Notes: generated by a model not told the origin, from the letters alone. A stretch of 64,000 nt of DNA from Auanema rhodensis (GCA_964057225.1 OZ059895.1:12090001-12154000), one strand, 5' to 3'; shown: positions 12,715 through 26,231, counted from the stretch's first letter. Numbers and translations: made by a program.

Positions 12715-12833
12715 GCTTACGACCATACCACGTTGAAAGTACGCCATCCCGTCCGATCTGGCAAGTCAAGCAACGTTGGGCCCGGTTAGTACTTGGATCG
12801 GAGACGGCTTGGGAATCCCGGGTGCCGTAAGCT
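12715..12833 (+). rRNA. 5S rRNA
   Basis: Full consensus copy. Confidence 0.96.
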
Positions 12834-12856
12834 TTTCAAATTTTTTCAACGATCAT

Positions 12857-13222
12857 CGTTCTATTCGGAGACTCTATATATGTAACTGCAGGGTTAGAGC
12901 CAGACCGACTAGAGGAATGAGGAATGGCACCGCCTTCCCTCATGCCCCTATTCGGGAGTTCACCCCTTTGCAAGCCCATGGACGGTTTGTATCTAACTTA
13001 GTTAATCTTATATATTAGTCTTTGTCTTGTAAATGTAGTTTACTTTATCCTTGTGTTATTGTATTGTAATGATATTGTATTGTGTATAATAAACCTATAT
13101 ATTTCCTTATCTTATGTAATCCTTATGCTTTGTTTCCATACCGCTACACTTATGGAATACTATACGCGTAGTTGAGCAGACTACAATGGTCTGTTCAATA
13201 TACGTAGGAGCATAATGGAACG
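12857..13222 (+). repeat. 5' LTR of Gypsy A
   Basis: CGTTCTAT...ATGGAACG; direct repeat of 24546-24911. Confidence 0.96.
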
Positions 13223-13235
13223 TGGAGGTTCCACC
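13223..13235 (+). promoter_or_regulatory. PBS, tRNA-Gln
   Basis: TGGAGGTTCCACC directly after the LTR; complementary to tRNA-Gln ...GGTGGAACCTCCA. Confidence 0.85.
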
Positions 13236-14197
13236 TCGAACTCATTTTTGTCGCAAAAACTCGCATAAAAAGTCCATATTTTGATATCTAAATTAAAACT
13301 TCCTCCACGGTTAGCAACATAATGAGGGCGCCAACTTGTATAAGGTGCAGGTACAAGGGATCTCTCTTTTAGAGAGCTAGGACTATATAATTTTGAAATT
13401 TTACCCGCTGTCCCCACTTATAAAACCGTCTGAGTGTCCACCCTTATAATACCGTATCCTGCACCGCTTCTCTTGCATTTTTTTTGAGGACGTTTGGATC
13501 GAAATAGGGGACAATTTCACCAAACGAAATTTTGATTACATTATTATTTGGCAACGAGGAGTTAGAATGAAATTTTGAAAGCGCACAAAGTTTAATATTT
13601 TATTGTGGTCAGGACTAGAGATTTGAAAGTTAAATTCAGGCGTAAAAGAGCATGCTAACTAAATATTTTTGCGGGAGCCGTTATTCGGTTTTTATTTTTT
13701 TTGATTGTGAGAATAGACCACACTAGTCCGAAAAATCCTGGCACAAATTTTATTGCCTGTGAGGTCATTTTGGCGAAAGCACATGGGCTACGGATGTTTT
13801 CTTCTCCGTAGAATGTGTCACCTTCCTCAGCTCATTTTTGTTGCTAACATCATAAGATATTCCCACACACCTACCGTAGTATTCATATTGTAATATTCTA
13901 TAAATTAGTACAATGGTTTAAAGAAAAAATTGCGTTTTATAAACGAGCTTTGGTCTCAGTCCATTAGTAAAATGAGCAATCTTTTTAAATATTCTCGGAA
14001 TCTCATTAGCATGCCAAAATCATTCCGAAAAAGAATCGCCCACGGCTTTTAATAATCAACGTGCACATGAGCCATTTTCCCAAGGCGCACGCACTCCTTC
14101 TTTATTAATAAGCTCGACCAAAGTTTGTGTTATGAAAAAAAAAAGAGAGAGAGAACAAATGAGTGAAACTAAGTATTTATTATATATGAAACAATTG

Positions 14198-14731
14198 TTA
14201 AAAGCCCCATTTAAAATGCAACTGTCTCACAAATTCTATAGGCTGTGAGATGGGCTCATCGCTAGGCTCTAAATACTGCGAATACACTGAATCCGCAGAG
14301 GTCCTTAGCAATAAGCCCATAGGAGACTGTTCATAAAATAAATAAATTTTAAACAAAATTTTAGACATATAATCATAAAAATCATGAGACTTATGCTCAT
14401 ACCAATTCCAAGGGGATGCGACTAGATTTGGGTTTTCATACCAATGCGCGCACAAGTCGGTAAGGCACCATCGCCGGATAGCTGCAACCTCATCCGCTAT
14501 TTCCTGCATTAGGGAGAAGTTTACTAATCCCCTTCCCAGATAATGCATCTTTAAATCCTCAATAAACTAAAAATTCTTATTAACATAACATGTTTCTTTG
14601 TTTTAACCAACCATCTTAATTATGTCTGGGTGCGGCCTATGAGCTAACACTTCGTCTTGATCATACAAGACGAGGTCAGCGTACAGCTTCCTCAAGACAA
14701 AAGTCATTCCCGATAGACCTTCATAAGCCAT
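14198..14731 (-). CDS. Antisense two-exon accessory gene in the Gypsy A leader, 162 aa, unknown function
   Basis: Exon 1 14731-14612 (MAYEGLSG...DIIKM), 45-nt GT..TTTTTAG intron 14611-14567, exon 2 14566-14198 in frame, AATAAA at 14181-14176. Confidence 0.65.
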
Positions 14732-15140
14732 TCTTTGATTTATTTTTTTTCAGCTCTACAAATATAAAGATTCTTATGCATAAAAAGGGGACATAAAACG
14801 ACTGAAAATCTCTCTCATACTTTCAAGAATTCAATTAGAGTAAAGTATTAAGATTGAGGCTAGAAAGAGCGAAGACCAACAAAATTTATAATTGATGAAC
14901 ATCTGTGAAAAAGAATAAAGAAAAGAGAATACGGTAGATAGGCGGAGCCAGATCTCAGGCCAAGATTTTAAAACTCTTTCTCATCTAATAACGATTCTCG
15001 GCGAAAGACGCCACGTCTCAATCTTCAAACGTTTCTTACTTTCCCTATAACCGACCCGAATTTCTTGTCACTCATTCAACGTCAACATTCCCCATATAAC
15101 GAAACACTCGCGGTTTTTCCAAACCAAGAGTGATTCCAAA

Positions 15141-18100
15141 GTGGCACGAAGATACTCTTCGGCCGTCCCTGCTCTATACCCTTCTGAGTCCAGTGACGAC
15201 ATCGCAGTCGCCAGTCGAACCAGAAGCCGCACTCGACTCCTCAGTGTTCAGATTGAAGAGCCTGAACAAGAGGTAAAACCCAAAGTCGAGAAAACCTTCA
15301 TTCCTCGAGAAGGCACGTATTCACCTCCGGACAACACCGAGGAGGACCCTGATTTCTATATTCAGGACTACAATATTCAAACTTCAGCTTCAACTCCAAA
15401 GGTACACTCTTTTAAAAGTAATAAGAAGATTCAAAAAATTCAAAAACCAAAACAAATAACCTCTAATACTTCACCAGCCACCCCCCACCTAAACTTATCA
15501 ACTTTATCAGTTAATACTGATAACGATCTTGCATCTTCTTTTGAACTAACTCTAACGCCGCAGGCATTTTCCACTCCGATAGAAAACTCACAACTTAATA
15601 AAACCTCATCTCTCACTATTCGCAAATCACTCTTATCAGTTATCACTGATAAGCTTGATTCGAAAAAGCTTGATTCTAAAAAGATTAATAAAAGAAAAAC
15701 TAATACACCGCGTAGGCGCTCAACCTCTAATAATCCCGTAGAACCAAATCAGGAAATTACCGAAGTTTTGCCCTTATCATTAACTACTGATAAGTTCAAA
15801 AGTAAGAAATCTTTAACAGCTCGCTTAATAAAAGTTTTGAATTTGTCTCCAGGGGAGGTAACAACAGAACAAGTTGATAACTCTCTTTACGTATCCTCCA
15901 ACCCAACCCTTAATAAGTCAGATAGCGCTATACCCAGCTCAAGCGTATCAATACATTCGACGCCTCAGGCAACGAGTCGAATTATCAAACTCCCAGGGAA
16001 GCGGTTCTCCTCAGCCGCCCCTACCATTAGTTATCCAACATCTGGTAACTCGAAAAAGGGAGGTAAGAATTTAACGGCGAGAAGCTCAGGCAGTAAAGGG
16101 ATTACGTCATCTCACACATACCCTGAGGATATACCAACCATGACGGAGACACCACGTCTTCCGGGAGCTGGTAAATCTACCATTGCGCACGCATTAAGCT
16201 CACCTTATTGCCCCATATACGACGGAAGTCGTAACTTTAGAGATTTCGTGGCAAAGTTTAATACCTTTTCTAACGCCTTAGGCTTAGTGATGCCCGAAAG
16301 ACTAACTATTTTACTATTACTATTGAAAAATGATAGAGCAGAGGAAGCTTATTTAGAGCTACCTGACAAGGTCAGAACAGCTGGACCTTGGGTTACCCTA
16401 ATAGAAGAGTTAACATCCAAGCTGTGTCCCGAATACAATCAAGACCCAGCTCTTATCACACTTCAAAACAGCACTCAAGGCGATTTATCAATTGATGGTT
16501 TTGCACAAACGTTAAGAAACCTTAGCTTAAATGCTTTCTCTAATAGTGATACTCATAAAGATCACATTCTGAGGTCCACATTCTTGAGAGGCTTGAAAAA
16601 TACGATACGCCCAGGGGTAATTCGAGCAAAACCCAAAACTTTTGCTGAGGCTGTTGATAGTGCTCGCTGGGAGGAATCAATTGCAAACCAAGTAGCAGAC
16701 CCTCAGGCGCTATTGGTTAACGCAATTGAAAGAACTTTCCCCCCGCGCAGAAACAATGGTGGGAGAGGTATGGCAAGAGGTTATCAATCTTTTAATAATA
16801 AAAATTATCAAAATTATAATAATTATAACAATTATCATCCAAACTTTCAAAACAATCAAAATTATCATAAATTTTCAAAAAATCAAAAAGGCTGGAATTT
16901 CCAAAACCCATTTGCTAGGAACCGCAATTTTGGTGACCGCGGTCGAAATTATCAGAATCAAAATCAAAATGGGTATCAAAGAAGCCACAATGCATCACAA
17001 AATCAAGAAATGAGCAATAATAGACAGAGAAATAACAGTACCTTTAGGGGAAATAACAACAATAGAGGCAGAGGTAGAGGCTCAAGAGTCAATAATTTGA
17101 CTCTGATATCTCCTTTGACTTTAGCCGTAGCTTTATCAGTAATCTTATCACTGGTTACAACAGCTGAAGCATACCAGCTATGTACTAAAGCTACTGGAGG
17201 AGCCCTTCTCCGTCCCCCATCTCTCCGAAAATGCTTATTACCACCAATAAAGCATATCTTATGAACAAAAGTTCATCTTTATACAAGGAATCAAACGGCA
17301 CATGAATGGGATGCATGGAGATGCTCCAAAGAAATTCATAAAATGTGTATCAGAGACCTTTTGTTCCTTAGAGATACCAATACAACGATAGCGAGAATTG
17401 AAAAGATACCAGCTGCAGAATGCAGACTGGCAGTGAGAGATAGAAGATGGAATTGGAGTGAATTAAAGAAGATTGACAGCATAACATATGCAACTGACGA
17501 GCCTTCCTTCTCGCCAGGCCGATCTTTTAATAATGAACTATGTAAAGAGAAAGCTAGATTGGTTATCGAAAGAGGGGCTATGACACGGATGCCAGATGAA
17601 ACTATAATCTCCAATTTAATACTAAATACTGAAGGATGCTTAGCGCATCATGGAGAATGTGCATCAGATACCTCAATCATCATATGGGAGAAACAGCCTT
17701 ATGAATATCGATGCAACTATATCGACATGAGTGAATATGATGCGATAATTGGAGACGGCATTATTCTGTTACCAACCACTCAATCAGCCCTTGTAATCGA
17801 TCAAAAAGAGATACCGAAGCAAATATCTTCTTGTTTTAAACAGCCAATCTTCCACACCACGACTGGCAATTACATTCTCTTACCACAGTACCCAAATGAC
17901 ACCAATATCCCTGTTTTAATAGAGAGAGAATATAAGAAACTTCCGGCGAAAAGAGATAAAAGAGCAATTGCGGAATGCACGGTTGAATTAAACAAGGAGT
18001 GGATACAAAAACAGGAAGATTTTGAAACTTTAATATTAAATATTTGTCCTTATCTTTTCTTACGACTGGTGATGAGTAATCCTGGTATTTATCAGATAAT

Positions 18101-21100
18101 ACCGCTTATAAAGGCCAGACGAGCTGTCAACCCTTCATATTCAATTATTGATTGGGTTTCAGCACATCCCGAGAAGTTTTATTTCTTCTTAAGAAGTATC
18201 TGATAAATCCATACAACGATTCCTTCAAACATACGAAATACACGACCCTGAGGAAGCAATACTTTATTTTCTTGCGCGAAAGGAATTGGCAGCAACCACT
18301 CGCGGCGCTATACGGTATTTAACCTCACAACAATTATTAGAACAGATAGGTGACAGATTAACAGCACACGAATTTGACGAAAAACTACTAGAAAAGGATG
18401 GATCCTACCGCGAAAGAGCCGAAAGCATAGCGATGGAGCTAGCTTATACACCGGTAATATTTGAAAACAATCTGTCGGTACCATCGAGGCAAGAGGTTTT
18501 AAAATCCTTTGTGAACATGCCGCCTATCCGACCAACTTTAACAACTGACAATGCTGATGAGCGTATAGTACTTAGAAATACTCTTTACTTATACCATAAC
18601 TTGATGACATTGCGAGTAATAAGGCCAAATAAAACAGCAGCAGCCGTAGATGATGAAAAGTTCCGACAATTAACAATCAATGTGCCAGATACCAACAAAC
18701 TATATCGAGATAAAGATTCTAACTACGGTATATCGATAGGCCCCCACCCTCGCATTCAAACCCCAAGCGCGGATACACGCCAGCTACTTATAAAAACATT
18801 TTTACCACTGTTAGAGGATATTGAAACACCGCCTTATCTGACTAGAAGACTGTCATTAACGACAACAACGGACAAACCCGCTTCACTAGTTCAGGAGACA
18901 ACTATAAGCTATACGACTCGGATTCCGACGACAACCATAGTTGACACGACAACAGCCGTGATAACTACGACTCTCTCGCCAACAACATTAGCAACAGTCA
19001 CTGACACGGCGTCACGAATCTTAAGGAAACAAAGAACATCATCTCCACCCGTAGAAACCAGAGAAATTCAGGCTCAGGCAACGTATACAGCGTCAAAAGT
19101 GAACAACGAAATACAATTCAGCCTCAACGTATCTCGCAGAATAGCTCAAGATCATCTACAATATACAACAACACTCATACAAGAAGAGCTACAGAAACAT
19201 TTTATGGAATCTTATGAATCCATATGTGAGATTCAAAATAGATACCTCGAGCTATGGCGTTCTATTTTACACATAGAACCCACAATAGCAATGAGGACTA
19301 TTTTAGGAAGAGAGGATATTGCAGCCCGTTTCGTAGGCAGCGATATAGTTCATGTTCATATATGCCTACCTCTTCAACCTAAAGCTGTTTATCATAATCA
19401 TAAGATCAATGATACATGCTATTTGGAAACACCAGTAATAACAGAAGATGAGAGATTATATTTTGCTGCTCCAGGATCAAGAGACTTATTAACACATGGA
19501 AAAGAGATAGATTGCGAACATGTACCAACAGATGTGTACTATTAAAATGGAGAATGGATAAATATAAATGGATCGGTTGAAGTAAAACCAATATCACTCT
19601 TTGATAAAGCGCAATACCACCAATTAACACCTTTAAAGTTCACAGGCGCTAACTTATACACCAATTTATCATTGAGAGTTTACTCAATGTCAACAGCTAT
19701 TGCATATGGAGCAAGTTTAGCATCCATACGACAGAACCATGTTTTACATACTATTCACAACGATCCAAAGATTACGTCAGCCTTTAATCTTTTGAAAAAG
19801 GGCAGTGACTATATCTCTAAAGCAGCTGAGTTCACAACTTCCGCCTGGACTAGCGTAAAACAATTTCTAATAGGTTCAATTGAGAGAACACTCATCTTCA
19901 TAGGATCAATAGTCACGATTGCCGCAGTATTAATAATTCTTTTCGTTGTTGCTAAATTTTGGTTCTTCAGAGCCACTCCACTAACCGTAATGCATGTCCA
20001 CGAAATAGATAATGAGCCCCCAAGCTATGAAGAAACATTGGAACTTGTAAGCCGCCCAGACCAACAGATGCCAGATAACATCATGAAGCAATACTATCCT
20101 GCTTTAGTAACATTTATTCCAATCGCAATACCATTTGTTGCTTCTATTGCATCAGCGGAAACAAAGTTACCATTAATATATATATCAGTTGAAGATAAAC
20201 TGATTTTAGCTTTATGGGATTCAGGCTCATCAGTGTCATATGTTAGGCTCTCCACCCTCAAATATCTGAACATGGCCGAAAATGTCAAGAAGAGACATTT
20301 AGTAGCGATGGCAGCCAACAAGTCCACTTTCACATTTTATGGAAAGATAAATCTTGTAATTGAAATTGCCGGTTACGAGATCGAACACACCTTTTTGGTC
20401 TCAAACGATCATGACTGTCCTGCTCCCGCTTTAATTGGACTAGATTTCATGAAAGCGCTTGACAGCGAAAACATCGACGTCAGCCTTAAACCATCCAAGA
20501 AGAGGTTGGAGATTGGAAACAATGCCATCCCATTAATAGGAAACGAATCTATTAAGCATACGGAGATAACTGTGAATATCATTAATTTAAGAACAAAAAC
20601 ATTAAAGCCTGATGAAGAGGCACCTATCCCAATAAAGACAGATAAACCACTAGAATCTAACGAAGTGGTTGTCTTAGGGGATAGTGGAAGCGCATTAAAA
20701 TCATTATATCCAACTGCGTTTTGTGATACCAGTGGAGTATATGTTATGTTCCGTAACGATACCGATGAAACAATAGCTATGGAAGCTAATTCAGTCATCG
20801 GACAGGCAATAATTGGAGAAATTCCGGCTTGTGAACCCTTTAAGCATAAGCCAATTCTACCATATGTTCCGCCAGAAGCCGATTGGGAGAGTAAACTACC
20901 ATATTTTCCAAGAGACTTCATAAAAGATCTTGATCTAGAGAATGCTGATCTCACGAAAGAAGAAAAACATGAGCTTACAAAAATAATTGAAAGCCATCGT
21001 GAGGCATTTCTTAACGAGGACAGGAAAATAGGCTTATTTAAAGGTCCTATAGAGCATACCATACCATTGAGAACAGATATGGATATGCCAAAGCCGAGAA

Positions 21101-23841
21101 TAACACGTATTCCCTTAGGAAAACAGGAAGAAATTGAAAAGCAAGTCAAAGAAATGCTTGAGCAAGGCATAATAGAGCCTTCTACATCTCTATTTAATGG
21201 CCCTGTAGTACTAGTTAAGAAGAAAGATGACACGTATAGGTTTGTGACAGATTTTCGAGCTTTAAATAATGTCACACGCAAGCAAACTTATGTCATTCCA
21301 AGCATTTCTGACATAGTTGATTTGGCAGCAGGCGCCCAATTTTTCTCAAACTTCGATTTAGTGTCAGGATTTTTTCAAATATCCTTGAGAAAATCAGATC
21401 GACCACTAACAGCATTTACGACCACATCCGGCACATACCAGTACAAACGGATGCCGATGGGCCTTTGTGGAGCCCCTCATACCTTTCAAACAGCAGTAAG
21501 GTATTTGCAAAGTAAATGTTCTTGTAAACTATTTGTTTACTTGGACGATCTATTAGTTATATCTGATACAAGAGAACAACATCTCAAAGATATCGATGAT
21601 TTACTGCAAGCAGTAGAAGAATTGGGAATGAAGATAAAGCTTAAAAAATGCGCTTTTGCTCAACCAGAAGTGAAATTTCTAGGACTTATTGTAGGACGTC
21701 AAGGTATAAAACCTGACCCTCAAAAAGTCGCCGCCATACAAGATTATCCGGCACCAAAGAATGCAACAGGTGTACGAGCATTCTTGGGAATGGTTGGATT
21801 CTTTCGCAAATTCATGAAAGATTTTGCACGTATCGCAAGCCCTTTATACGATCTGACAAAGGCAGATACTGAATTCAAATGAGAAAACAAACATCAAGAA
21901 GCTTTAGACCTCCTTAAAAGAAGTTTAATACAGGCACCCGTTTTAAGCCCACCTAAATCGGACCGTTTGTTCATAGTTGAAAGCGACGGTAGTAACATCG
22001 CCATAGGTGCTGTATTATTACAACCGGAAGATCCAAAACAACCTCTGAAAAATCTACACCCTATCGCATTTGCAAGCAGAAAATTAGTTAAAGCCGAACG
22101 TAACTACGCACCAATCGAGATAGAAGCATTAGGCCTTGTATATGCATTAAATCAATTCCGTACATACATTCTTGGAACTCATACTATATGTATTACGGAC
22201 CATCGACCCCTTACCAGCTTAATGACACGCAGAGACTTATTTGGTCGTCTTGCGAAGTTCCAGCTGGTCATCCAAGAATATGATATTGAAATAAAATATC
22301 GCGCAGGCCAATTAAATAAAGTATGCGATGCTCTATCTCGATATATAGGTGAAGAAGCTAACGATGCTAAGCCGGAAACAAAGAAGAAGAAAATGGAAGA
22401 AATTCACATTAACGCCATAAATACACCAACAATAAAGGAAATTCAACTAAACACCCCTTGGATTAAACAGACGATAGCGGAGATTGAATATAGAGCACAA
22501 AAGAACATGACAGCTAATGACAGATATTGTGTCATAAACGACTTGCTCTATACAAAACCAACAGACAAAAAGCCACAACCCGCTATCGTAATACCACAAG
22601 AACACCCCATAATTGAGGAAATAATCAAAGTTTTTCATGAGGATCCTACAATTGCAGCACATCAAGGAATTATTAAAACAAAAGAAGCAATTCTAAGAAG
22701 ATTCTATTGGACAAATATGCAGAACGACATTACTATATTCATCAAGAACTGCATTAAATGTGCTCAAAGAAAAAAAGATCCACATTCTATGACGGTACAA
22801 CCAATAGGTCATTTTGAGATACCAAGCAAGCCATTTGAACGAGTCCACATGGACGTAATGGGACCATTTCCCCCTTCAAAAAGAAACTGTACCTACGTCA
22901 TTACCATGCAAGACGCATTTACAAAATGGTCAACAACAATTGCTGTACCACAAATAACAACGGAAATCACAATTGACCGATTTCTACGACATTTTGTTTA
23001 CATTTTTGGACCACCCCATCGCTTGATCACCGATAGAGGTTTGAACTTTGTATCCAAAAAGTTCGAAGAAATGTGTACTAAACTTGGAATCAAACATGAA
23101 CCAACACTACCACACCAAAAGAACTCAAATGGACAAGTGGAAAGACTTCACAGAACCCTCGAAGAAGGATTAACCCACTACTTAAAAGAGGACCTTAGTG
23201 ACTGAGATACTGTATTACCAAAAATCACTTTTGCTATAAACAATATTCAGCACGCGACTACAGGGATTGCGCCATACATTGCATTATTTGGTAAAGAATG
23301 CAGAATGTCAATGGACGCTGAATTACCAGAAACGATCACCAAAATTCAAGAAATTTCTGAAGAATTACTCCAAAGAAGACCGGATATGGACAAGAGAGAC
23401 AAAATAATAAAGAACCGCATAGCTAAAAATCAAGAAAATGCGAAAAAGAAGAAGGATAGAACGCAAAGAGCACACCATAGAGACATTCAACCGGGCGACA
23501 TGGTGATGACGACCATAAAATCACACCAAATCGGCCAAAAGCTTCGGAGAAGCTATGATGGACCATACGAAGTCATCAACGTAGAAGGATCAAAAGTTCA
23601 AATCAGAAATTCATCAGGAAAACTACAAGATATCCACAAAGATAACTTGAAAATCTTCTCTCCTGCTTCACAAAACATCTCTTACAACACTCGCGCAAGA
23701 CTTCGAGAAAGTCAAGCAGAAGAAGATAGCGACATCGAAATAATAAAAGTGATCAACAGGAACAACAAGGATAGCATAGATACAGAGCCAGAAGATGAAA
23801 ATGAAGACGAAATATGGCTTCCGAGGAATGAAGAAGAATAA
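15141..23841 (+). pseudogene. Gag-Env-PR-RT-RNaseH-IN polyprotein, disrupted
   Basis: Gag (YDGSRNF...FLRGLK), signal ~17103-17171, KRDKR, gB-like C-terminal motifs, TM ~19890-19960, LWDSGS, YLDD, RNase H ESDGS, IN HHCC and MDVMGP/TDRG/VER. In-frame stops at 17262, 19543, 21880, 23203; frameshift ~18190. Confidence 0.93.
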
Positions 23842-24545
23842 CAACAAGACATTATTCTGCTACATTATTCTAATTATTGTAACAAAATAACGATGAATTA
23901 GAAAAAAAAAATTAATGCTAAATAACATTCAAAATAAAAATAGCATTTAATAGAGATTGAAAAAGGAAAAATAAGGCAAATTCTAAACGAGGAGATGTTA
24001 TGACTAATGGTTCCAAGTTACCGTAATCCTATGCGGACTAGAGGACATTTTGACAACCATCAGAGCTCCATGTGCCTCCTCAAATAAGATGAGATAAACA
24101 CTGGTAGGCGTATAAACCACAATTTCATCTTAAGTGGTAGTCTCCATTAGTAATCAAGGATTCACTCTGGGAGACATATGGAGACACATTATTAAATCAT
24201 AATCTCGGTTCAATTTAGAAATGAGTACTTCTTGAGACCATTAGTCAAAATAATAACATATTCCCATTCATTACTAGACCCTTATTCTACAATCTCTATT
24301 AGGAAATGCTTCAATATTAAGAGAATTAATTTATGAAATTAATAATATTCTAATTCATCGTTACTTTATATTATATCAAACCCCTCTTATAAATTATTGT
24401 AATTTTGTTTTTATACTAATTAAAACTCTATCATACTATAGTTATTGTGAAGCTAAAACAATTGAACTCTAAAACTCAGTTACATATAATGCCCAAATTT
24501 TTGTTTAAAATATCGCGAGGTCGCGACAATCTTTGAAAAAGGGCA

Positions 24546-24911
24546 CGTTCCATTCGGAGACTCTATATATGTAACTGCAGGGTTAGAGCCAGACCGACTA
24601 GAGGAATGAGGAATGGCACCGCCTTCCCTCATGCCCCTATTCGGGAGTTCACCCCTTTGCAAGCCCATGGACGGTTTGTATCTAACTTAGTTAATCTTAT
24701 ATATTAGTCTTTGTCTTGTAAATGTAGTTTACTTTATCCTTGTGTTATTGTATTGTAATGATATTGTATTGTGTATAATAAACCTATATATTTCCTTATC
24801 TTATGTAATCCTTATGCTCTGTTTCCATACCGCTACACTTATGGAATACTATACGCGTAGTTGAGCAGACTACAATGGTCTGTTCAATATACGTAGGAGC
24901 ATAATGGAACG
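24546..24911 (+). repeat. 3' LTR of Gypsy A
   Basis: CGTTCCAT...ATGGAACG, preceded by purine tract GAAAAAGGGCA. Confidence 0.96.
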
Positions 24912-25302
24912 TCATGCCACGTTGAAAGTACGCCATGCAGCTGATTTTCAATTTTATCTCTTCCGTAACAAATGTTTTTAATTTTCCAGCAGTTTTACTT
25001 AGATAGCTAAACCCAAGGCATCAAAATATCTTCAATCTTATTTCTATATTACATTTATAAACCAGTAGTGCATGAACCTTCATCTTAACTTTATTGTTTC
25101 TACCTATTTCCTATTGAAACAAACATTGTTTAAACACTATACAACTGTGAAACCTTTTTTAATTTATTGTATTTGGATCTCATAAGATTTGATATCATCG
25201 AGGGATTTAGATGTTACGTAGAAAATTACATAACTAAAATGAAATTGGAAAAAAAACAATAACGATGATAAGTATGTAAATCATTGAATATCAGATATTT
25301 TC

Positions 25303-25421
25303 GCTTACGACCATACCACGTTGAAAGTACGCCATCCCGTCCGATCTGGCAAGTCAAGCAACGTTGGGCCCGGTTAGTACTTGGATCGGAGACGGCTTGG
25401 GAATCCCGGGTGCCGTAAGCT
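25303..25421 (+). rRNA. 5S rRNA
   Basis: Full copy. Confidence 0.96.
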
Positions 25422-26231
25422 TTTCAAATTTTTTTAACGATCATGCCACGTTGAAAGTACGCCATGCAGCTGATTTTCAATTTTATCTCTTCCGTAACAA
25501 ATGTTTTTAATTTTCCAGCAGTTTTACTTAGATAGCTCAACCCAAGGCATCAAAATATCTTCAATCTTATTTCTATATTACAGTTATAAACCAGTAGTTT
25601 ATGAACCTTCATCTTAACTTTACTGTTTCTATCTATTTCCTATTGAAACAAACGTTGTTTAAACACTATACAACTGTGAAACCTTTTTTAATTTATTGTA
25701 TTTGGAGCTCATAAGATTTGATATCATCGAGGGATTTAGATGTAACGTAGAAAATTACATAACTAACATAAAATTGGAAAAAAAAACAATAACGAGGATA
25801 AGTATGTAAATCATTGAATATCAGATATTTTCGCTTACGACCAAACCACGTTGAAAGTACGCCATGCAGCTGATTCTCAATTTTATCTCTTCCGTAACAA
25901 ATGTTTTCAATTTTCCAGCAGTTTTACTTAGATAGCTCAACCCAAGGCATCAAAATATCTTCAATCTTATTTCTTTATTACAGTTATAAACCAGTAGTTT
26001 ATGAACCTTCATCTTAACTTTACTGTTTCTATCTATTTCCTATTGAAACAAACGTTGTTTAAACACTATACAACTGTGAAACCTTTTTTAATTTATTGTA
26101 TTTGGATCTCATAAGATTTGATATCATCGAGGGATTTAGATGTTACGTAGAAAATTACATAACTAAAATGAAATTGGAAAAAAAACAATAACGAGGATAA
26201 GTATGTAAATCATTGAATATCAGATATTTTC

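Larger units (their letters stand above)
2304..12856 (+). repeat. 5S rDNA tandem array block 1 (19 full genes, 3 stubs)
   Basis: ~529-bp unit with 399-bp and other deletion variants. Confidence 0.97.
12857..24911 (+). mobile_element. Ty3/Gypsy LTR element A with Gag-Env-Pol order (degenerate)
   Basis: 366-bp LTRs with 2 mismatches; TSD TCAT (12853-12856, 24912-24915); PBS; PPT; PR-RT-RH-IN order. Confidence 0.97.

Noticed and set aside
20409-21281. 290-aa antisense ORF and similar antisense ORFs over pol, env and pPolB
   Set aside because: Shadow frames of real coding strands with no recognisable motifs
17262-23205. Programmed readthrough or TGA=Trp recoding in Gypsy A
   Set aside because: Stops fall inside conserved domains, include a TAA and a frameshift, and element B is open throughout
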